From assembly GCA_964016885.1 (NCBI GenBank), contig OZ024743.1, forward strand, positions 52,142,001 to 52,206,000: DNA of 64,000 nt. The letters run 5' to 3'. This DNA is from Eledone cirrhosa. Lineage: Eukaryota. This document shows positions 1 through 14,219 of the stretch, one piece after another; the first letter of the stretch is position 1; every line of letters begins with the position of its first letter. Position numbers and translations under genes: made by a program. The notes under the pieces were generated by a model. The model worked only from the letters and a program-made list of their open reading frames with translations. It had not been told where the DNA came from and did not search any database.

Positions 1-459
1 ATGCCAACCCTTGGTCTTACAGTGGATAAAATCTACCCAATTTCTGATTTATACTGGACCATGTCCACCTACCTTCAAGGACCATGCAGCTGCTTTTAGG
101 TAGGCAGAAGTTAATAAAAAAAAGCATGCAAACACACACATAATATACACACATACATTATATATATACATATATATATATATATACACATATATATATA
201 TATATATACAGTATATCCCCATAACTTGCTAAATATAATTCTCGATACTATGAACTGTAACCATGGTATGGTGCACTTCCAACACCTCCCCTGCTAAAGG
301 ACTTTTTGGCAAAAAGCTGATGCTGATGTCATTGAATTTATTTGAATCACTTGAAGATGCTGTGCTCATTCTAGTTCTCAACTAGGACATATCAGTCTGA
401 AATGAACAAACCTACAGGCCAGCCAGATCACAAAGAGTCCTCCATTGAAATTTTACTAA

Positions 460-1065
460 TTTTACATTGGACCACACCCATGTGTTATATTTTCTGATAT
501 TAGACCCCACCCATATTTTATATTTTCCTACACAAGACCATGCCATATATATTTTTACATTTGACCACACCCACATTGTATATTTTCTTCCATTAGACCA
601 CATATTTTATATTTTTACATTTGACCACACCCACATTGTATATTTTCTTCCATTAGATCACATATTTTATATTTTTACATTTGACCACACCCACATTGTA
701 TATTTTCTTCCATTAGACCACATATTTTATATTTTTACATTTGACCACACCCACATTGTATATTTTCTTCCATTAGACCACATATTTTATATTTTTACAT
801 TGACCACACCCACATTTCATATTTTTCTTATATCAGTCCACACCCACATTTTCTATTTTGTTTATGGACCATATAGATCTTTTCCCATTCTAGAGTAAAC
901 TACTCCCATCCTATCCATTTTTACAGTAGATCACACCGATCTTAACTATTCTTACAATAGATCACACCGGTCTTAGCTATTCTCACAACAGACCACAACC
1001 ATTCTTACTGTAGACTGCATCCACCCTATCAGTTCTTACAGTGGACCACATCCATCTTAGCTATT
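460..1065. repeat. 60-bp minisatellite with degenerate ~30-bp flanks
   Basis: Exact 60-nt period across about 545-815 (ttgaccacacccacattgtatattttcttccattagaccacatattttatatttttacat). Related gaccacac/gatcacac units lie on both sides. Confidence 0.9.
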
Positions 1066-1854
1066 CTTGTTTTCCTTTTTAATTTTACATTCGAAAATAT
1101 ATTTTGTGCCCTCATATGTACAAGTCATAATGTACAACACAGTGTATAACCTCAAAAAACACACAAACCAATTCATATTTTTTGATGTTTCTGTTCATAT
1201 ATATGACTTAAATACATGTTTGCTATTATTGTTTCCTAGGCATGTCAAACAACTTTAGTGATGTATATGTCCCCAATGTTCAGACACAAAAAACTCTAAA
1301 CACAAAGGAAAGCATTTAACCATTACAATACCATTCTTCTAATGACAGACACTACTAATAGTTTACAAATCATTTAGAAAATAATCAAAAATTTGGAGGG
1401 ATTTAGTAATATAAGTAACTTTTTCATTATTATGTTAGTGAAACACAATAAAGGTTCTTATATAAAAGTTTGATGGAAAGGATTTAGATAAACAAAAAAT
1501 ACATTAAAATAGTTATGTATTGTATGTAGAAGCTTCAGCAGTTTCAGGCAGTTTGGTACCAAACTGTTTAATTGCTGATACTTTCATACATTTCAAAATT
1601 ATGCGAAGATGCTAAAGGAACTATTTACTATCTGAACTATGGTGATTGAAAAAGGACAGAAGCTGAATCTTTATGCATACTGGTACACCATGATGCTATG
1701 TGAATATTGCAAGGTTTTGACAAAACAGTGAGAGCAGGATGACTTTCAATGTTTAGAACTTAGAACTCAACAGAGAGGACATATTCATCACTTGATGAAA
1801 ATATCAAGCATATTACTTTGCTAATATAATTTTTCTTTTCATGTTAAATTATAT

Positions 1855-2040
1855 AATTGTTTCTACTTTTGGCACAAGGCCAGCAATTATCCCAGTGTAT
1901 TACTGGTACTTTATTTTATCGACCCTGTAAGGGTGAAAGGCAAAGTTAACCTCAGCGGGCTTTGAACTCAGATCATAAAGGGAGGTAACTCTATGCTTCA
2001 AAGCATGGCGTCCGACCCTCTACCGATACTGCCAATCCAA
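1855..2040 (-). mobile_element. tRNA-derived SINE (multi-copy family)
   Basis: Minus strand has a B-box-like GAGTTCAAA, core AACTTTGCCTTTCA(T/C)CCTTAC(G/A)GGGTCGATAAAATAAAGTACCAG and an (ATT)n tail. About a dozen copies or fragments in the window. Confidence 0.85.
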
Positions 2041-3810
2041 TGTTACATTTTAGGGCTAGGGGGGACCATATATACATTATATATATATGTAGTGTATACC
2101 CAGGTTAGAATTGGTACACTACATTCCTGTCTAACACAAAAGTTGACTAACAGGGTTTTGGCACCAAAAACATGGTGAGTATAAAGATTATGTGTGTCTG
2201 TGTTTGCATGTGGGTATGAATAGATGCGTGCATGTGTGTGTATGCAACATATCTCTAATTTATTCCTGATAAACACCTTAAATTCATGTTATGGGGAAAA
2301 CATTTCAAAGAAAGCACCAGAATTTTTTTAAAAAAAGTCTAAATAGAAAAAAAGAAAAAAAAAACCCTCTTCATTCTCAACAACATTTTGAAAATTGCTC
2401 TCAGGAGAGAAATTATTAGACCAAACCATCACCGACAAATTTCCATTTGAAACACAGTAACATGTCCACCATTTTAGGCTTTTCTTTTTTACTTGGTCCT
2501 TTGAAGAAGTTCACCCCCACATTCTGCAAATGGTGTGAAGTTTGTCTGTAAATATTAGAGTGTGTCTTTGTGTGCAGTGATACCAGTAATATCAGGTAAC
2601 CAGGAAACATGGAAGAAACAACAGGTTGCCAAGGCCAGATTTGTCTTGTAAAAATGTGTGTGTGTGTGTGTGCACAAATGTTTTAAAATAGAAACAGTGT
2701 GTGTTGTAAGAGGCAGCTAAAAAAGTTGGCACCAAGATTGGAATTCAGCTGTAAAACCTTACTTCAAAGAGAAACCTAAATAATGGGGCCCATAAGGCTA
2801 ACCCCTGCTATGGCTGAGAAAATTACTATAAGACTATACTCCTTGGATTCCAATCTAGTGATTCTAGCAGTTCAAAAATGAGGAAGAACTCAATATTTAT
2901 AATAGAATAATTATATAGGCTGATTTATATTTTTCTCATAACATAGATACAATGTCTCAGCAAAGCAAGTGTTTGCTAAGCTTCATCAAAAACTTCTCTG
3001 ATGAAGCTTAGTAATCACTCACTTTGCTGAAACACTGTAGCTTTATTGTAAGGAAATAAATAAATTAACATATATTTCCTATGAACTACATCTACTTTGA
3101 ATAGCCGATTTTCATGACAAAGAAGACCGGTACTAAACCTATTTCAATATCTTCCTTATCTATAATCACCTCTCAACTATCTCATCTTAGACCATAAACT
3201 AGCTTCTATTGGATTTTACAGTCTGTTTCTTTTCATCACAACAGGCACTCCCATTTCCTAAAATGTTCCTTTTTCAACCGTAGAATAATTCCCTCTCAGC
3301 CAATCACATTTCTTACTCCAGCAGTACCATAAATACTTGAAGCCCATTGGCTACTATCCACTTCCCTTCTTCCTCCTTTCCTTCTACACAAATATACCTA
3401 AAAAATTACTTTTTTTTTTTATTGTCCTTTATCATTCTCTGAAAATTCACCAATGATAAACATATTGTGAGTGAGTGAATAGAAAAAATATATCTATCCA
3501 GTTCTTGTAGATGATTTAGTTATCAGTGATGAAACACATGTTAGATTATTTAATCAAATAAATCTCTCTTCAAGTTTCTCCTCACTCCTTGCCTGTTTTT
3601 TCTAATATAATAATTTATACTAATTTATTCTGAATTCTTGGAACCTGGACCATACTTGAGGATTTAACATCTTGAAAATTATATCACAGGACTTCATTAA
3701 CCATGCTGGGAAAAAAATATTTGGTAAGCTGTTCTTTCACTAACGTTTACATAATCATTCCACAAATACAATTTTACCAATGTACAGTGAAAAATCCTGT
3801 ATCTTCTCAT

Positions 3811-3845
<35 letters not shown>

Positions 3846-4347
3846 ATGAGTGTGTGTGTGTATAGAGATGACTGCATTCAAGTTTGATCTTTTTTATTAT
3901 GGATTTTTCATATTCTCTTAGTCTTTTATATTTGTTTTGAAGCAATGCATTCCTAAATCCTTTAAATCCGTTTTTATCACATGTTCCTTTGAGACCCACT
4001 GCAACATGTGTGCACAGAGGGCCATAATTAGCATTATATTTATTCTGAAGATGGGCTGTGAAGATCTTGAAATGTGATCAGGCTTATGGATTTAGGAACG
4101 TTATTGTTCCATACCAAACATTATGAATTACTAAGGAAATATGAAAAATACTTAGAGAAAAATCCCTATCAAACTTGAGCACAGTCATGTTTTCAATATA
4201 ACATGTTTATAAGCTGTTCCCCACTTATTTACACACACAGAGAGACACCAGTTAGCTTCACTGCTAATAATACAGATGTTGAGTTTTCTCAAGCAGGTGC
4301 CCCAGCATGAGCGTAGTCAAATGACTGAAACCAATAAAAGAGTAAAA

Positions 4348-4349
<2 letters not shown>

Positions 4350-4387
<38 letters not shown>

Positions 4388-4530
4388 ATATATATATATA
4401 CAACTATATGTACATATATATATATACACATACATACATATATAAACATACAAATATAAACATATATATATACACATACAAATATAAACATATATATATA
4501 TACATACAAATATATATATATACAACTATA

Positions 4531-4576
<46 letters not shown>

Positions 4577-4775
4577 CATACATATATTATATATATATAC
4601 ACACATACATACATATATTATATATATATATATATATATACACATACATGTACATATATATATATATATATACACATACATACATATATATATAAACATA
4701 TATATACATACAAATATATATATAAATACAACTATATGTACATATATATGCATACACACCTATGTGTATATATGT
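4350..4775. repeat. (TA)n/(TACA)n compound microsatellite
   Basis: Direct inspection. Similar tracts at 9470-9725 and 10998-11372. Confidence 0.95.
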
Positions 4776-5059
4776 GTGATGGTGTGGGTAGAGTATACAA
4801 TGGTGCTTAATTAAGGTACAACGCCAGTTACCTTGGGGCAGGTGGAATATCAATGACATCCACCCCATTACTTGAACCCAGAAGAAAGAGAGGAAAAGTT
4901 GATTTCATAAGATATTTAGAATATAAAGGGTTATAACAAGATGCTTCAAAGCACTCCGTTCGTTGCTCCAATGATTCTGTGAATCCACCACTCTTGGAGA
5001 GAGAGAGAGAAGAAGGGATGTTGTAGATAACCTAAGGTTGTCATAGATAACTTATTTTT

Positions 5060-5292
5060 TTAAACTATTTGAAATGAGAGTGTGGTTGAATGTATAATGA
5101 CATCAGATGCATGGCAACAAGCTTGAGCAAGAATTTCAGTTGTATTTTCTGTTTGTTTGCTGGAAGTTATTCCCCTTGTATTCCGCTTAGGTCTGAGACA
5201 TTTATAAGGTAGAATACTTGGAACTGATAGATTTGCCCTTCTGGATTCTTCGTTCTCCTTTCTTAGCATTGTTGGACGGTAAAGTTGTACAA
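5060..5292 (-). CDS. Candidate terminal exon of TTLL5
   Basis: Good acceptor TGTTTATTTCCAG| and unique, coding-like sequence. Direct phase-2 entry stops at 5202 (CTTLPSNNAKKGERRIQKGKSISSKYSTL*); phase-1 entry reads to 5060. Frame unresolved. Confidence 0.4.
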
Positions 5293-5985
5293 CTGGAAAT
5301 AAACACAGTATATATATTTACATATAATAACTGGCAATGCGTTTTTATTTGCTGTTACACAAATAAGATACTGTGGAAATAGGAGGCTGTAGAGAGAGAG
5401 AGAAGAGAGAGAGAGGGGGGGAGAGAAGAGAGTGAGAAGAGAGTGAGAAGAGAGAGAGAAGAGAGAGAGAAGAGAGAGAGAAGAGAGAGAGCGAGAGAGA
5501 GTGGAATGTAAATAAAAGTGAGTGAGGGTGAAAGAATAAAATGATTGATTATTAATTTCATTTTTGACATAAAAGGAAGTTACATGAAGTTAAGAGAGCA
5601 ACATATTTTTTTCTTTTATTGATTTTTGTTTTTCAAATAATCAATTAATCTAGATCTAATACAATTATATGTAATTTAGTTTAATCATTTTCTTACCATA
5701 GTTCTAATGAAATACACAATATTTGAATGAACCAATTAAGAATTTGGAGAGCATTACTAAAATGATCCATTATTAACCCTTTAGCATTTACATTACTCCA
5801 TATATACTATTGTATTTTTGTGGTAAAGGCTTTACCTTACATAATATCTCACATAACATTTACATTAATCTATATATACTATTGTATTTTCACAGTAAAG
5901 GCTTTACCTCACATAATATATCACATAACATTTACATTACTCTATATTTACTATTGTATTTTTGTGGTAAAGGTTTTATCTTACA

Positions 5986-6513
5986 CTAGCAGTAAAGCCC
6001 GGCGTTGCTCGGGGTCGCTCAGTAGCTGTGTTAAAGTTACAATGTTAAGTTTCTTTTTTGGCTTAAAAACTGTAGTGTCTACTGTGCAGACTTGCATGTG
6101 GTGTTTTTGATTAATATTCCCTCAACCAACAATATGCCTTATGAAGTTAAGAAAACATAACGATAACCCGAATGTTATAACAAAAGAGGATGCTGGGGAT
6201 AAAAACTGCACTGGTTATTTATTAACAAAGATCGAAAATGTAAACACTGCAACGCAGAGAAAAACAACGTAAGACGTTCAATGTAAACAGAACAAAGGGA
6301 AATAACTCGTCACTTACGCTCAAAAATCGATACATTATATTCGATTTCGTCACATAGGGTGGGTCAATTTGAAATTTTTTTTTTCCGATGTTCTTCGTTA
6401 GGGCTCAATGTACAAGTATAGCAATTTCGGTGCAATTCCGTCAGAGATTCTAAGAGGAGATGTGTGCCAAAAATCGATAGACAGACAGACAACCACAACT
6501 TTATATATATAGA
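5986..6513 (-). mobile_element. Non-autonomous Helitron (internally deleted copy)
   Basis: Minus strand runs 5'-TCTATATATATAAAG ... CCCGAGCAACGCCGGG hairpin ... CTAG-3'. No target-site duplication. Confidence 0.88.
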
Positions 6514-7362
6514 CTAGCAGTAAAGCCCGGCGTTGCTCGGGGTCGCTCAGTAGCTGTGTTAAAGTTACAATGTTAAGTTTCTTTCTTGGCTTAAAAACTG
6601 TAGTGTCTACTGTGCAGACTTGCATGTGGTGTTTTTGATTAATATTCCCTCAACCAACAATATGCCTTATGAAGTTAAGAAAACATAACGATAACCCGAA
6701 TGTTATAACAAAAGAGGATGCTGGGGATAGAAACTGCACTGGTTATTTATTAACAAAAATCGAAAATGTAAACACTGCAACGCAGAGAAAAACATTAGCG
6801 TAACCAAATTATCAGTTATGTCTGTCTGCACGCCTATATCACCTCTCTGCACGACTGTCTGTCTGCACGCCTATATCACCTCTCTGCACGACTATCTGTC
6901 TGCACGACTGTCTGTCTGCACGCCTAACGACGAAATATTTGCTTGTTTTACGTAGTCTTTAAATAGACTTGTTTTCAAGTAAAAATATTGTTTTAAAATG
7001 CTTTTAAATGGAAATGAAGCAAAACGGAAGCTTAGTGTTCGAACTGATGAATTTTGCAGGTCAATATTTTGCTGGCTCGACAACTGTTAAAGCCAGCGTA
7101 ATTTTTTACGTAAGACGCTCAATGTAAACAGAACAAAGGGAAATAACTGATAACTTACGCTCAAAAATCGATACATTATATTCGATTTCGCCACATAGGG
7201 TGGGTCAATTTGACATTTTTTTTTTTCCGATGTCTTCGCTAGGGCTCAATGTACAAGTATAGCAATTTCGGTGCAATTCCGTGAGAGATTCTAAGAGGAG
7301 ATGTGTGCCAAAAATCGATAGACAGACAGACAACCACAGTTTTATATATATAGATAGATAGA
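6514..7362 (-). mobile_element. Non-autonomous Helitron (longer copy, tandem with the previous one)
   Basis: Same termini and near-identical to 5986-6513, with about 320 bp of extra internal sequence containing short tandem repeats (ctgtctgcacg). Confidence 0.88.
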
Positions 7363-9723
7363 TAATATCTCACAACATTTACATTACTCTATATTTACTA
7401 TTGTATTTTCATGGTAAAGTCTTTACCTTACATAATATATCACATAACATTTACATTACTCTATATTTACTATTGTATTTTCATGGTAAAGTCTTTACCT
7501 TACATAATATATCACATAACATTTACATTACTCTATATTTGCTATTGTATTTTCATGGTAAAGTCTTTACCTTACATAATATCTCACATAACATTTACAT
7601 TACTCTATATTTACTATTGTATTTTCACAGTAAAGGCTTTACCTTACATAATATCTCACAAAACATTTACATTACTCTCTATATACTATTGTATTTTCAC
7701 AGTAAAGGCTTTACCTCACATAATATCTCACATAGCATTTACATTACTCTATATATACTATTGTATTTTTGTGGTAAAGGTTTAACCTTACACAATATAT
7801 CACATAACATTTACATTACTCTATATTTACTATTGTATTTTTGTGGCAAAGGCTTTACCTTACATAATATCTCACATAACATTTACATTACTCTATATTT
7901 ACTATTGTATTTTCATGGTAAAGTCTTTACCTTACATAATATATCACATAACATTTACATTATTCTATATTTACTATTGTATTTTCATGGTAAAGTCTTT
8001 ACCTTACATAATATATCACATAACATTTACATTACTCTATATTTACTATTGTATTTTCATGGTAAAGTCTTTACCTTGCATAATATATCACATACCATTT
8101 ACATTATTCTATATTTACTATTGTATTTTCACAGCAAAGGCTTTACCTTACATAATATCTCACATAACATTTACATTACTCTATATATACTATTGTATTT
8201 TCACAGTGAAGGCTTTACCTCACATAATATCTCACATAGCATTTACATTACTCTATATATACTATTGTATTTTTGTGGTAAAGGTTTTACCTTACACAAT
8301 ATATCACATAACATTTACATTACTCTATATTTACTATTGTATTTTTGTGGCAAAGGCTTTACCTTACATAATATCTCACATAACATTTACATTACTCTAT
8401 ATTTACTATTGTAATTTCACAGTAAAGACTTTACCTTACATAATATCTCACATAACATTTACATTACTCTATATTTACTATTGTAATTTCACAGTAAAGA
8501 CTTTACCTTACATAATATCTCACATAACATTTACATTACTCTATATATACTATTGTATTTTCACAGTAAAGGCTTTACCTCACATAATATCTCGCATAGC
8601 ATTTACATTACTCTATATTTACTATTGTATATTCATGGTAAAGGTTTTACCTCACATAATATATCACATAGCATTTACATTACTCTATATATACTATTGT
8701 ATTTTTGTGGTAAAGGTTTTATTTTATATAATATCTCACATAACATTTACATTACTCTATATTTACTATTGTATTTTTACGGTAAAGGCTTTACCTCACA
8801 TAATATCTCACATAATATTATATTACTCTATATATACTATTGTATTTTTGTGGTAAAGGCTTTACCTTACATAATATCTCACATAACATTTACATTACTC
8901 GATATATGCTATTGTATTTTCACAGTAAAGACTTACCTCACATAATATCTCGCATAACATTTACATTACTCTATATTTACTATTGTATATTCATGGTAAA
9001 GGTTTTACTTCACATAATATATCACATAGCATTTACATTACTCTATATTTACTATTGTATTTTTGTGGTAAAGGCTTTACCTCACATAATATCTCACATA
9101 ACATTTCCATTACTCTATATATACTAATGTATTTTTGTGGTAAAGGCTTTATTTTACATAAATTCTACACAGATATCTGTTTCAACACTGTTATGTCTCA
9201 TCGGAGTGTATAACAGGGTCATAGAAAGTCAATTACATATTATATATCTAGTTTCTCTATTTTACATGATTGATAGGAAGAGGGAGAGAAATGTAAAAAG
9301 AGAAGTCTGAGAGAAATCTTACAACTCTTTCTTTCCTTCATTTGGGATTCTGAGAAAAACTGCTTAAATAAATGTATAATTATATATATGGTTTATTATG
9401 GCAATGAAACTACACCAGTAACTCAAGGGTGTTGAGTTTCATGCTAAAGGACATTTCTACGAACTCTATAAATATACATATACATACATATATACGTATA
9501 TATATGAATATATATACATACCTATACATACACATATATATATGCATATATACTGATATGCATACACATATATGTATATATATGCATATATACACATACC
9601 TATACATACACATATATATATGCATATATACTGATATGCATACACATATACGTATATATATGGATATATACACATATGTATATATGCATATATACACATA
9701 TACGTATATATATATGCATATAT

Positions 9724-10997
9724 GCATCATCATCGTTTAACGTCCATCTTCCATGCTAGCATGGGTTAGACGGGAGCTGTCCCACTTGAGGCAAGGTTGG
9801 TCGAGTGACCGTGTCTCGCTCATATAGGACTATCTGGCAGGTTTTCTATGGCAGGATGCCCTTCCTAACACCAACCACATTTACAGTGTGGAACTGGGAG
9901 CTTTTTACAGTGTTACCTACATGGCCACATTACAGCGTGGACTGTGTTTTTTTGTCGTGACACCTACACGACCTCGATCTCATTATCTCATTTATTTGGA
10001 CTGGATGTTGTGGTACCAACTTTACAGAGAGAGGGTGGTGTTGGTGGGAGTGGGAGGATAGGGTAGGGGTAGTGGATTGGGGTGTATATTTGGTTAAGAG
10101 GTGCCTACTGACTGTAGGTTTCACTTTGTACATAGGTAAGGTGGGTCTTCTGTATTACTGCGTAGCACCAAAGATCCAGTGACATTGTCTTAGAGAGTGA
10201 CATTGTCTTAGAGAGTGACATTGTCTTAGAGAGATGCAAGTGTGTAAGGTCAGAATTTCTCAAATCGTCCCAGGTTTTTCTGGGTCTACCTACTCCGTAA
10301 CTACCATCAATTTTGATCACCCTGCACTTTTTTATACATCTGTCGTCTTTCATGCGCATCACGTGACCATACCAACGTAAACAGCATTTGATCCCTATTA
10401 TTCCTAATTTCTCACTTAGTTCATTTATGCTTTGCCGTTCACGTATATTACTATTACACATCCAGCGGAGCATGCATGCTTCGTTCCTCTCCAGTCTGCG
10501 TATATCCTCTGCACACAATGCCCAAGTCTCACTGCCGTGTAACATTGCTGTTCATATACAGGCATCATACAGTCTGCCTTTTATTTTTAGAGAGAAACCT
10601 TTAGTGGCCAAGTGGTATAAGCTCTCTGAACTTTTTCCATCCCGTTCTAACTCTGGCTACTGTACTTTCAGAGCACCCTCCACCACTGCAGATTTTGTCA
10701 CCCAGGTAACAGAAAGTGTCCACTATTTCTATAGAACCATCTGTGCAATAGAAGGAGCTAGTATCTTGTCGACACTTGCTACTTATTGCACCTGAGCATC
10801 GGCCACATATAAAGTCTACGTTCTTAGATAGCTTACCTGTGATCCCACTACATCTTTTATGTACCCATACTTTGCATTTGGGACATAAAATTTAATTTCT
10901 GCCTACTCCTTTCCTACACACTGAGCATGGCCATTTCCCTGAGGGGACCTGTGCCCTATTTTCCTTTCTACAAACTAGAACTTTAGTCTTAGACAAG
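9724..10997 (-). mobile_element. RTE-clade LINE, 5'-truncated and degenerate
   Basis: ORF remnants MLHGSETWAL...LRWYGHVMRM...GRPRKTW; 3' end in (GAT)n. Confidence 0.9.
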
Positions 10998-11014
10998 CAT
11001 ATATACACATATAC

Positions 11015-11061
<47 letters not shown>

Positions 11062-12459
11062 TATATGTATATATATGCATATATACATATACACACATAT
11101 ACACACATATATGTATATATATGCATATATACATATACACACATATATGTATATATGTATATATATGCATATATACATATACACACATATATGTATGTAT
11201 ACACATACATATACACACATATATGTATATATACACATACATATACACACATATATGTATATATACACATACATATACACACATATATGTATATATACAC
11301 ATATACATACATATACACACATATGTATATATACACATATACATATACACACATATATGTATATATACACATACTTTGGGTAGTAGAGTGGGAAAAGGGT
11401 CAGGACCCTGACAGCAGAGCTCAAGCCGTTTTGACGGCTATTTCTGGACCTAAAATAGGTCCAGAAATAGTCGTCTCATAACAACACTAGGGCACAAATA
11501 TTTTACCTCAACTTGTCCCACTCTCATTACACCAAAGTTCATAAAAACAGAAACAGATCCCAGAAAATCCACGGTGTCCAAATCCTGATTGAAAAGAGTT
11601 CGCCAGGTGGTACTATTAAGTTAGACATGACCTGGGCTAATACTAGCTGAAACCTATCAAAGAGAATAGCTACTAAGGTGCAAGACTGGGTATCTAAGAG
11701 CTTTAGTGGAAGAGATTAGTTAAGGAGTAATACTGGAGGGAGCATGGATGAGGTGTTCAGTGATGGTGAAGATAGCTACTAGGGACATGGAGACAGATCA
11801 CATTGTGGGTTGGTGGCTGGGTCTTCAACAGCACAACAATATGCCAGCCCTCACAGTCCTTTCTCATTTCCGTTGCGAAGTTTTATTTCTTAAGGTTGTC
11901 TTCATATAATTGGACCGGGGAACCCAAGTGTATGAATATATAAATATATATATAAATTTATACACTTAACAAGTATGTGCATCCTTAGGTTTCCGGGTCC
12001 AATTATGGCCACCACTGTATAGTGGAGGAACTGTCATAAAACTCACCCCTCTCGGCAGGAGTATGGACAAAGTTTCAAGAAAAACCATTACTTCATGAAA
12101 TATGGTCATATATTATGGAGAGTACGCCTCAAAAACAAGGGGGTAACTAACAAAACAAACCCTGTCAAAGTTACTTGATGAGACCGTCCTGTCTTGCATC
12201 ATATTTGGATGATGGAGCTGGGCCAATGAAATATGTTTAATGATTTCATGGAATTAAAATTTACAGCATTACAGTCCGGCCTTCTGTTGTTTTAAATACT
12301 TTACTCCGTTTCCTGCACCAACCACTGGATACCACATCTACGATGGCCTACATAACGTTGAGTGCTTTATTAAATCATTGCATCATGATTTGCCTACCAG
12401 AACCACCAGTTCTACACTTAGCTGATCAAAATAACTTAAATATTATATATATATATATA

Positions 12460-14180
12460 TCATCATCATCAGCACCATATAATGTCCATTTTTCCACACT
12501 AGCATGGGTTAGATGAGTTGTCCCATTGTGAGCAAAGCCAGATTAGAAGATGACTGTGTCTTGCTCCTACTGGACTGATTTGGGTTGGTTTTTCTATGGC
12601 CAGATGCCTTTCCCAAGGCCAACCACATTTACAGAGTGGACTGTGTACTTTTTATCATGACACCTACACAACCATTTTACAGTGTGGACCTGGAGTGGGG
12701 GAGGTGCATGGGGATTGGAGAGGTAGATCTAGGATGGGGCACTTATCAGGTGAGGGTGGATGTGTATGGAAATGGGAGGTGAGGGAAAATAGTGTGTACT
12801 AGATGTATCATTCAACCTGTGCACATGAGAAGGTGAGTTTTCTGTATTACTGCATAATGCCAGAGATTTCGATCCTGTCATCACCTTGGAGGGGTGTAAT
12901 TATGCAAGGTCGGCTTTTATCACCTCATCCCAAGTCTTTCTAGGTCTTTCTAGGTCTTCCTACTCCAAAGCTTCCATCAACTTTGAGCACTCTTTACCTT
13001 TTTATACAGCTGTCATCTTTGTCTATACCAACACAACATCCTCACCTGCACACTGCATCTCATCCCTCTTATGCCCAATTTCTATCTCAGTTCATTTATG
13101 CTTTGCCATTCCCATATATTATTATTACAGATCCATTGAAACATGCCAGCTTCATTTCTTTCCAATCTTTGCAGGTCCTCAGCACACAGCGCCCAGGTCT
13201 CACTACCATGTAATATTGCTGTTACATTTCGAGGGAAAAACCTTTTGTAGCTAGCAGTGGTAGTAGTTCTCTGAACTTTTTACATCCCATTCTCACTCTG
13301 GCTACTGTAATATCAGCCCATACACCTCCACTGCTAATTTGGTCACGCAGGAACCAGAACCTGTCAACTGCTTCTACAGAACCTTCCAAGAATTTGATAG
13401 CACTGCTTTGCCTATTTTCATGTCCATAATTGCCTTACTTACTGCTGCTGAATTGCACCACTGGTCCCTCTGTAGGGCCCACCTGGGGCTGGTTCTCTCC
13501 TCCCATACATTCTCTTCACTCATCAGTCTCCCATAATGATACTTCCATGCTACCTTCTTTTCGGTTTCAGTGAGGGCAAGTACACCATTGTCATCATGAA
13601 CACACTTCTCTCCCACAACATCACTATTTTCTTTGATACACTGCCTTGCGATTCTGAACACCCTGCGTCTTTAGACATCATGCCACATAACACATACATT
13701 TTTGGCTTTCTTCTTCCCTCCTTGCAAAGTATATTTGTTGCCTGCCTCTTTCCTTGCCACTTGGTAAAGCTCTCTGTTACCCCTATTTTGCCATTCCTTC
13801 CATGCCTGTCTCTTGGGCTTAATTGTTTCATCCACCCTACTATTCCACCACCAAATCACTCTCCTATACTCTGCTCCAGCCACATACCTCATCTGTGGCC
13901 TTCAGTAGATTGTCTCTCAGGAACTCCCACTGCTTCTCTATATTGTATGTCACTATTTCTTCTTCCTTATTGTCAAGAGTGTAGAGATTCTCTTAAATTT
14001 GTTACAAGCGGAGGACTCCTTTAATTTCCATATCCTTCTCCACCAGGTTGCCCTCTATCTCAGAGTTCGTCTAGCTCTAATTAGCAAGTCACTGACTACT
14101 AGGTTATGCTGAGAGGTGCATTCCTCACCCAGAAGGGACTTGATGTTTGCAACCAGCATTCTATCTCGCTTTCAGGTGAG
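12460..14180 (-). mobile_element. RTE-clade LINE, old and internally deleted
   Basis: Remnants IWWWNSRVDETIK, FRIARQCIKENSDVVGEKCV; the RT core appears deleted near 13390; (GAT)n tail. Confidence 0.8.
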
Positions 14181-14219
14181 GATGATATCTATTTGGCTCT
14201 AAATATATATATATATATT

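Larger units (their letters stand above)
5773..9160. repeat. 72-bp satellite derived from a MITE end, interrupted by Helitrons at 5986-7362
   Basis: 72-nt period (acattactct at 7381 and 7453; 24-aa periodic ORFs). The array begins at TTAA-CCCTTTAGCATTTA. Confidence 0.93.

Noticed and set aside
3860-4085. Possible Penelope GIY-YIG C-terminal remnant and a CTGAAGA...GAAA motif
   Set aside because: Similarity is too weak to support by eye and the stems do not pair convincingly.
7401-9213. 337-aa periodic hydrophobic ORFs
   Set aside because: Translations of the 72-bp MITE-derived satellite.
10178-10233. 18-bp triplication (SKTMSL x3) in an RTE ORF
   Set aside because: Local slippage in a dead LINE copy with no functional implication.
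11890-12020. Small inverted repeat resembling a Tc1-type MITE
   Set aside because: Short and degenerate, with only one plausible terminus; not enough to call.
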